From: a virus
Reading direction: 5' to 3' (one strand)
Virus record (IMG/VR): IMGVR_UViG_3300013093_000022
Location: 62,514-126,513 of that record
DNA length: 64,000 bases
Shown here: one piece after another, positions 44,172 to 51,165 of the stretch
Layout: every line of letters begins with the position of its first letter
How positions within the stretch are numbered: the first letter of the stretch is position 1
Translations under genes and position numbers: made by a program
Notes under the pieces: model-generated
The model's database searches: none
Told to the model about the DNA's origin: nothing
Seen by the model: the letters and a program-made list of their open reading frames with translations, nothing else

Positions 44172-47100
44172 TCAGAAGTTCCGACTCGGCCGCGTCCCCG
44201 TGATCGACTCGTAGTCCTCCAGGAGGCGCTCCAAGAGTTTACGGGACTCGGGGGCACCGCCGCCAACGATCTCCGGCCAGTCGGCCACGATCTCGGCCTC
44301 GTGGCCCTGGGCGTGCAGCAGCTCGTAGAAGCCCGGGTCGTGGACGAGCCTCTCCACCGACACCGGGGCGGCGGCACGCCGGTGGATCGCCTGCTCCACC
44401 CTCGACTGGTCGGCCAGGTACGACCTGCGGTACGACGACGGGCCAGACTTGAAGTTGCGGAGCTTGTTGGCCAGCTTCGCGATGTCGCGGGGCGAGGCCC
44501 CGCCCCTGCCCGGCAGGTGGACCGGCGGCAGCCGCCGGGCACCCTCCTTCGGCTGGCGGGCTGGCAACTCGCCGCTGCCCCGCCACTCGTCCGACTCCTC
44601 GGGGCGCTGCCGGTTCTTCGGCACGATCACCTCCGCCGAACCGCCCGGTGCGGACACCTCTCCGCCCGGCGGGAAAGCCGACGGGCCCGCCGCCCTCGGC
44701 CCGTGCATCGTCGCCGTCACCTGCTGCTGACCGGCGGCCGGTGGGGCGGCCTGCTGCTGGTCGGCCGACTGCTGCTGGGCGTCGCCCGCTAAGGGCTGCA
44801 TCGTCGTCCCCGGCAACAAGCCCATCATCCCCGCCGGAGACGCCTGAGCGATCTGCTGATCCATCATCTTCGTCTGGTCCTCAAGCTGCTCGGTCTGAGC
44901 CAAACCCTGACGCAACTGCAGGGTCGCCATCAGGTGCTGGGTCAACTCGGGCGGGTAGGCGTAGTCCTGCTCGTCGCACATCTGCTGCAGGACGTGCATC
45001 GCCTCGGCCTGGGCTAGGCCCTTGTCGATCGTCTCCTGGGCCTGACGCTCCAACTCCTGCTCAAACTCGAACGGGATGTTGATCGCCAGGGTCTTGTCCG
45101 AGATCGGGACGCCCAACTGCTTCAACTGGGACACGAAGTTCCGCTCGGTCGCCTCGTCGCGCAGGTTCAGGGTGTTGTGCGACACCAGGCCAGCCGTAAC
45201 ATGGGTGTGGGTGCTGGTAATTCCCAGGGTAACGATATCGCCGCCCTCGGGGAGGTGAGTCACCGACAGGACCTGGTCCCACTCGACCGGACGCGGGGCC
45301 TTCCTCCCCCGTGTGGATGGTCGGGCCATGTCATCCAGCGCGGCGATCTTGGTGCCGATCATCGGTGTCAGGGTGTCGCGCAGCATCTGGAAGTAGTGGT
45401 TGTTGCTGACTGTCAGGTGGTTCACCGACTGCATGCCGGGGCCCTTTTGAGACTTGTACCGGTAGGCGTAGGAGCGGACTTGGGCGCGAATGCCCAGCGA
45501 CTCGAAAAGCACCTGGCAGTCGTCCAGCAGGGCACGGTTGACTGAACCGATCTTCAGTCCAGAACGACGACAGGCGTAGCCGTCGGCGTCAAAATATCCG
45601 GACAGGAACGCGGCGCGACCCTTGGCCCCTGCCGCCCAGACCATCGGCGGAACACGTTTGGTGTGGCCGTTCTCGCCCCACATGCCCTGCTCGCGGAGCA
45701 GGGTGTGTAGCGGGTTCCGCAGCACATTTCCCTTCCAAGGTGCAGGCCGGGAGAACGCCCGGTACCAGACCTTGTCGGTGCGGGCATCGGCCTTTCGGCG
45801 AGCAGTAAGACCCATCCGCTCGGCCTGCTCGCAGACGAATGCATCCACCTCGGGGTCGCTGACCGACAAAGACACATGAGTGGTGGAATAATTTCCATCA
45901 CCGACCAGCAACCCCAGAAAGCGCAGCATGTCTATGTCGTCGTCGGAATCGACGTGTGCCGTCAACTGACCGGCGGACGTGCGGATCAGGCTGTCAGCGG
46001 TAAGATTTTCGGCCGACACCCACCCCCGGCTGGTCCAGAACGGGTGGTCGGCGGTGCAGCGCACCGTGCGCCCAGTGGCAGTGGCCACCTCAACCAGGTG
46101 GTCGCGGTGCTCGATGCCGGTGTGTAGCGCGGTATCAATAACGTAGCCGGTGCCGTCCCAAGCGATGACCTCATCGCCGGTCTGGATGTCCTCAACATTG
46201 CGCTGTCCGGTAGGCGTGAGGACCTGCGTGCCAGGAACGACACAGGCGAACTTCACCTCGGGGATCAGCAGCTTCGGTACCCGGACCGTGTACTGCTCGC
46301 CCGTCTCCTCGTCCTCCTCGACCACCGTCTCGTAGATCGGGACCCGCGTCCCGCCCTTGAGGTCGTAGTCGTAGAACTCCTGGGCCTCCGACACGATCTC
46401 CATCCTCTTGCGGAGGTGGCGGACGACCTTGTTCTGGGCCGATTTCATCAGTTGCTCGCACACCTCGCGGTTGATCGCCGTCCCGGCGTAGGTGTCGCCC
46501 GAGCCGCCCATGATCAGGCCCTGCCCGATCCCCCACGACTGCATGATCTGGGCGTCGACCCGGTCGTAGTCGGTGTCGAAACGGGGTACCGACTCGCGGC
46601 CGAACACGCTCGTCACGTTCAGCCCGAAGTTGTGGCACAGCAGCTTGAAGTCGGCCGCCAGCGCCGACTGGATGTCGTCCCGCAGGTCCTCCAACTCGGC
46701 CTGGTCGGGGATCCACGGCTCGCCGTCGCCCATGTTCTCGATGCCCAGCGTCGCCAGGATCATCGGCGCGTACAGGCGATCGCAGTTGTGAACGGCGATC
46801 GGAGAGCAATACGAGTTGTCCTCTTTAACTTCGAGGTTGTACACCGTCTCTGTGACCTGATGGTGCCTGACGGACCGGACCTCCACCCAGTACCCGCCGC
46901 GATCGTTTCTGGCCGCACGGCGGGGCGTCTTGACCGCTGTTACGGACCCCCCTGTCCAGCCCCGTTCGGCGTCCCGTTTACCCGAAAACACCGAGGTGAT
47001 CATTCCGGCTCGGCGCATCAGCCACGCCGCAGATTCCTGCAGGGTTCGGTGCTTGGCCACACCAAGGTCACGGACATGGTTGCGGCAGCCATCGCCGTCA

Positions 47101-48872
47101 AGCCACCCCTCTACAAGGTGGTGTGTTTGTTCGGGGGTGAGGGTGAAGGCCCACGACGGAAAGCGTTTAGTCTCGCCGACGCCACACATTTCCCGGAAGA
47201 AAGGGCCCAGCACGGTGCTGTTCAGTTCCACGTTGATCGACTTGATGCGAGACCCATCCGAACGAAATCCTGTGGCTTTGACGATCGCGTCAAGTCCGAA
47301 AACATCCTTGATAACTTTGGCGGCCCGGGCAGCCTTATCAGATTCACCCTCGCCGACCACAATCCGAACCGATTTGCTGTTGGCGCTTCCATCTGCGACG
47401 TGAAGGCCGATCAGCCACAGCAGGTCGTCGGTGACCTTAAACTCGTCACCGCAGGACCGGACTGCTCTGTTTCTTAGGGCCGACAAGATTTTCTCGTCCA
47501 GGTGCTCACCCAAAAAGAGCGAAACCTTTTCCAGACCGGGGGAATCGGGGTGGAGAACCTGATCGTACTTCCGAACATCGGCGGCCCTCACAAAGCCTTC
47601 AGAAAAATTGGAATGGCTGTGCATGTTGTATCGGGCCGGGACGTTTACAGGCCGCCGGACATAGACCGGGTGCTCACCCGTCAACGTCATCGGCCGGTCG
47701 TACCACCAGTTCAGAGTGACGCCCGGTTCGTCGGCCTCGCGGATCATCGTCCGGATAACCTTCCGGTACCTTCCCCTGTGGGTCAGTACGGCGTCACCGG
47801 CCTTGACGTTCTGGATCTCAACAACGCCATTGGAGGTCAGAACGGGCTGGCCGTAGACCAGACACACGGCATCTTGTGCCGCGTTGAGGCTTTCCTCCAG
47901 CATCAGGGTCCGGAACGACCGCAGCAGGTGGGGGGTGCCCCGTAGGTCCCACCAGGCGGCCTTGTTGACCATGCGGCTGACCAGGGCGTCGGAGATGTCC
48001 AGCCCGTCGTTCTGGGCGGCGGCTGAGATGATCTCCGGGTAGTTCTTCGTGAGTTGCTGGTACTCCCAGGTCCGCTCGTACTTCTCGGACGGCGACTCGC
48101 CCGCCAGGGCCATCCCGCCCGGGCCGGTACGCAGCGACTCGACCAGGTCCTTCACCAGGAGTTGGACCCTCTCCTGCTCCACGAACAGCGACTTCGACAC
48201 CCGGACCATGTCGGGGTTCAGGATCTCCTCCGACGACCAGATGCCCAGGTCTTCGTTGAAGTGGGCCAGGGCCGTCACCTCGCCGACCATGAAGTACTCG
48301 CGCAGCAGGCCGTCGGGCAGGAACTCCTCATAGTTCAGGTCGTTCATGAACATCTGGGTGTAGAACTTCTCGATCTCCGGGTCCTTGCACACGAACTCCA
48401 GGCCCATGACCGGGAACTTCGAGTAGATGTCGATTAGCAGCGGGACTAGGGGGTGGGTGGCGAAAAACAGACGACACCACCTTCTGAGCTCGGTCAACTC
48501 GTCGGGGTCGTGGACGTTGAACGGGACGCCCTTGTCCATGAGGCTGCCCAGGGGCTGGCGGACCTTCGGCAGCACCATCTGGGTGTTGGCGGCGGTGCGG
48601 GTCATAGCCCCGCCCGAACCTGCCCGCCGGAACCTGTCCTGGCGCATCGCGGCCATCGCGGCCCGGTTCTGGACGTCGCTGACCGTGCCACGGCTCTGCA
48701 AGTCGGACGCCACCTTGCGGGCCTCCAGGCGGGCCATGACGGGGTTGTTGGGCATGGGGAAGCCGGAGGCCTTGAGGCGGCGCATCTCGGCGTCGCCGTT
48801 GCCCACGTAGAGGCCGGAGGCGGTCACCTGCCGGGCCGAGTGGCGCTGGTCATTGATCGGGAAGTCGGCCAC
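44172..48872 (-). CDS. portal protein precursor with two inteins (spliced ~849 aa)
   Basis: Helical extein (LIDIYSKFP...EEILNPDMV...RGTPHLLRSFRTL) located between terminase and protease; two intein blocks. Confidence 0.8.
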   Translation of the reverse strand: MADFPINDQRHSARQVTASGLYVGNGDAEMRRLKASGFPMPNNPVMARLEARKVASDLQSRGTVSDVQNRAAMAAMRQDRFRRAGSGGAMTRTAANTQMVLPKVRQPLGSLMDKGVPFNVHDPDELTELRRWCRLFFATHPLVPLLIDIYSKFPVMGLEFVCKDPEIEKFYTQMFMNDLNYEEFLPDGLLREYFMVGEVTALAHFNEDLGIWSSEEILNPDMVRVSKSLFVEQERVQLLVKDLVESLRTGPGGMALAGESPSEKYERTWEYQQLTKNYPEIISAAAQNDGLDISDALVSRMVNKAAWWDLRGTPHLLRSFRTLMLEESLNAAQDAVCLVYGQPVLTSNGVVEIQNVKAGDAVLTHRGRYRKVIRTMIREADEPGVTLNWWYDRPMTLTGEHPVYVRRPVNVPARYNMHSHSNFSEGFVRAADVRKYDQVLHPDSPGLEKVSLFLGEHLDEKILSALRNRAVRSCGDEFKVTDDLLWLIGLHVADGSANSKSVRIVVGEGESDKAARAAKVIKDVFGLDAIVKATGFRSDGSRIKSINVELNSTVLGPFFREMCGVGETKRFPSWAFTLTPEQTHHLVEGWLDGDGCRNHVRDLGVAKHRTLQESAAWLMRRAGMITSVFSGKRDAERGWTGGSVTAVKTPRRAARNDRGGYWVEVRSVRHHQVTETVYNLEVKEDNSYCSPIAVHNCDRLYAPMILATLGIENMGDGEPWIPDQAELEDLRDDIQSALAADFKLLCHNFGLNVTSVFGRESVPRFDTDYDRVDAQIMQSWGIGQGLIMGGSGDTYAGTAINREVCEQLMKSAQNKVVRHLRKRMEIVSEAQEFYDYDLKGGTRVPIYETVVEEDEETGEQYTVRVPKLLIPEVKFACVVPGTQVLTPTGQRNVEDIQTGDEVIAWDGTGYVIDTALHTGIEHRDHLVEVATATGRTVRCTADHPFWTSRGWVSAENLTADSLIRTSAGQLTAHVDSDDDIDMLRFLGLLVGDGNYSTTHVSLSVSDPEVDAFVCEQAERMGLTARRKADARTDKVWYRAFSRPAPWKGNVLRNPLHTLLREQGMWGENGHTKRVPPMVWAAGAKGRAAFLSGYFDADGYACRRSGLKIGSVNRALLDDCQVLFESLGIRAQVRSYAYRYKSQKGPGMQSVNHLTVSNNHYFQMLRDTLTPMIGTKIAALDDMARPSTRGRKAPRPVEWDQVLSVTHLPEGGDIVTLGITSTHTHVTAGLVSHNTLNLRDEATERNFVSQLKQLGVPISDKTLAINIPFEFEQELERQAQETIDKGLAQAEAMHVLQQMCDEQDYAYPPELTQHLMATLQLRQGLAQTEQLEDQTKMMDQQIAQASPAGMMGLLPGTTMQPLAGDAQQQSADQQQAAPPAAGQQQVTATMHGPRAAGPSAFPPGGEVSAPGGSAEVIVPKNRQRPEESDEWRGSGELPARQPKEGARRLPPVHLPGRGGASPRDIAKLANKLRNFKSGPSSYRRSYLADQSRVEQAIHRRAAAPVSVERLVHDPGFYELLHAQGHEAEIVADWPEIVGGGAPESRKLLERLLEDYESITGTRPSRNF
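45174..46244 (-). mobile_element. intein 2 in portal with LAGLIDADG endonuclease (357 aa)
   Basis: KFA|CVVPGTQV...TADHPF...FLGLLVGDG...FLSGYFDADG...VSHN|T. Confidence 0.93.
46785..47864 (-). mobile_element. intein 1 in portal with LAGLIDADG endonuclease (360 aa)
   Basis: DAV|CLVYGQPV...TGEHPV...LIGLHVADG...LVEGWLDGDG...VYNLEV...AVHN|C. Confidence 0.93.
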
Positions 48873-49259
48873 CTATCCCTCGACCCTCTGCATGCAGACC
48901 TCCGAGTACCAGACCTCGTCGGGTGCCTCCGGGTAGGCCTTCTCGTCCAGCGCCACCAGGAACATCGGGACGACTGGGCTCGCCAAATCCTCGGGGTTGA
49001 ACGAAACCCTCACCACGTGGCCGACGCCGTCGTAGACCTGGCCCCCGGTCTTGCACGACACCTTGTCGCCCTCCTTGTACGGGACGGTCAGGGCCAGGAA
49101 GGCCAGCAGCGCCGCCTCGCGGCTCTCGGGCATCAGCGACGCGCAGTCCCGGCAGTAGTCGCGGTCGGCACCGTCGACGACCGCGATGGCCCGCATCTTC
49201 TTACACCCCCAGCACAGGGATGTCCTATCCCCGGGTGTATCGCTGGGTTCTGTGGTCAC
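48873..49259 (-). CDS. hypothetical protein (CxxC...CxxC plus SH3-like part)
   Basis: 128 aa abutting the portal start; start uncertain. Confidence 0.6.
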   Translation of the reverse strand: MTTEPSDTPGDRTSLCWGCKKMRAIAVVDGADRDYCRDCASLMPESREAALLAFLALTVPYKEGDKVSCKTGGQVYDGVGHVVRVSFNPEDLASPVVPMFLVALDEKAYPEAPDEVWYSEVCMQRVEG

Positions 49260-51165
49260 GGCTGTGCCAATCGGGGGAGGTCTTTCCCTCGCTCACACCT
49301 TTGGACCGGGTGTCGGTCTTGGGGAGGTGGTCACTGGGGAACGGGTCGTCGTCATCGTAGTCGTCGCCGTTCGCACGCCGCAAACGCCGAGAGCCTTTAA
49401 TGCGGGGGTCGTCGGGTCCGGGGCTGTCGTCGGGATCCCAATTCAAAGGGGTGCATGTCTCATCCTTGATGTGCAACTCCGGCGGCGTCCAGAAGTGTTT
49501 GACGCACCCGTGGACCTTGTTGAAGTAGTTCTGAAGTGTCGGATCCACCGGGTCATCGTCCGCCCCGTCCAAGCGGTTGGTGATGTGGGTCCACATAACA
49601 TTGCTCAGCATGGAGCCGGGAAATGAGGGGTCCGACCGGCGGCGCTCGTGCTCACGCGCCAACTGGCCATCCTTAAGCTCGACGACTTGGTCCATGAGGT
49701 CTTGGAGCTCAACGTCGTCATCCGTGCCGTACATGTCACCAGCGCCGGGCGGCAGGCCGGGACCATCATAAGGCTCGGGTTGCCAGTCCCCGTCCTCCTT
49801 CGCACGCCGCAAACGTGTGCGACGGTTCGCGACGATGACATTGTCTCGGACCGGGATCTCGCGGGCGATGAACTTCTCGGCCGCCGCCTGGTGACGGTCG
49901 CCGCCGGTGCCGATCACGTACGTGTTCCAGATCTTGCCGCACTTGCAATGGTGGTAGTCGGGGACCTGTACAGGCTCGCCGCACGCACACTCAAAACGGC
50001 GGGGCTTGTTGGAGATGTAGCCGTTGAGGTGGTTGTCCCACTCCCAACCGGCGACCCTGTGCCGCTTGGGTGACACGGACGGTCCCCAGCCCATCCAGGC
50101 CCGCTTACGGCGGCCCAGGTGCTTGATCTGGTCCTGGAAGATGCGGGCGTGGTCCTCCTCGTCGGAGATCACCTCCCGCATCGCGGCCGCAGCGTCGGGG
50201 TCGCCCTCCCGCATCGCGTCGTCGGCGTAGTCGTCGTACTCGCCGATCGTCTTGATCTCGTCGCCCTCGGCCTGCATCAGGTCGTTGCGGAGGTCGGCGC
50301 GACGCCGCCCACCCTCCTTCGGCGGAATCGGGGCGAACGAGTCGCCCGGGTGCGGGTACAGCCCCAAGGCGTAGCCGTTGTAGGGCTCCGCGTGGACCCC
50401 TATGGACCGGAGTTGGTCCTTCAGCGTGTCGTCCGCTGCGGCGTAGTCGGTCCAGCCCGGCCGCCCCTCAAACAGGATGTGAGGGCCTGGGCCGCTATCG
50501 CTCGGGACCGTCTCCCCCGTGAACGGGTGCTGGTAGGTGGGGAGCCAGTCTGGGTGGAGCATCGGCCCAGCCCCCGACTCGTAGGCCTTCCGGCCGGACG
50601 GCACGTCGTCCCGCTCGCCGTGCTCCTCGTCCCAGCCCATCCAGTCGCGAACCATGTTCAGGGCCCGGCGCTGGGTCAGGTCATCAAGCCGGGGCTTGCC
50701 CTTGGCGGTCCGGCGTCGGGACAGCATGTACCGGCCCAGGGCCTCGTTCGCCGAGCGGTGGGCGTCGCGGTCGGTGATCCTCCCGGCCGCATGGTGGTCG
50801 GCGATCTCGGAGATGATCTGCTTGAACACCGCGTCCGGGTGGTGGCCGGCACCGACACGGGCACCGAACTCGTCGCGCACCGTCGACGGCGACTTCGACC
50901 ACGGCTCGTCGGGGCTGGAGGACCGCTTCCGGCGGGCGGTCTGGGTCGGCAGCTTCGGCAACTGGGGCAGCTTGGTCGTGGCCGGGGTCAGGGCCGCCCC
51001 GCCGACGCCTTGGCTCTTCAGCTTCTGGACCCCCTGCGGGCCGACCCTCTTCCGGTTCACGAAGTCCTGGGCCGCGCCCGGGTCGCCCCGGTTCAGGCCC
51101 TGCTGCTCTGCCTTCTGTTGGGCCCTCTGCCAGTCGGCCATCAGGTCGGCCCGGCGGGGCCTCAC
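49225..51165 (-). CDS. modular head-associated protein with half-ferritin and zinc modules
   Basis: 646 aa; EGDEIKTIGEY...DEEDH; CACG...CKCG; possibly also made as a -1 frameshift fusion. Confidence 0.78.
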   Translation of the reverse strand: MRPRRADLMADWQRAQQKAEQQGLNRGDPGAAQDFVNRKRVGPQGVQKLKSQGVGGAALTPATTKLPQLPKLPTQTARRKRSSSPDEPWSKSPSTVRDEFGARVGAGHHPDAVFKQIISEIADHHAAGRITDRDAHRSANEALGRYMLSRRRTAKGKPRLDDLTQRRALNMVRDWMGWDEEHGERDDVPSGRKAYESGAGPMLHPDWLPTYQHPFTGETVPSDSGPGPHILFEGRPGWTDYAAADDTLKDQLRSIGVHAEPYNGYALGLYPHPGDSFAPIPPKEGGRRRADLRNDLMQAEGDEIKTIGEYDDYADDAMREGDPDAAAAMREVISDEEDHARIFQDQIKHLGRRKRAWMGWGPSVSPKRHRVAGWEWDNHLNGYISNKPRRFECACGEPVQVPDYHHCKCGKIWNTYVIGTGGDRHQAAAEKFIAREIPVRDNVIVANRRTRLRRAKEDGDWQPEPYDGPGLPPGAGDMYGTDDDVELQDLMDQVVELKDGQLAREHERRRSDPSFPGSMLSNVMWTHITNRLDGADDDPVDPTLQNYFNKVHGCVKHFWTPPELHIKDETCTPLNWDPDDSPGPDDPRIKGSRRLRRANGDDYDDDDPFPSDHLPKTDTRSKGVSEGKTSPDWHSRDHRTQRYTRG

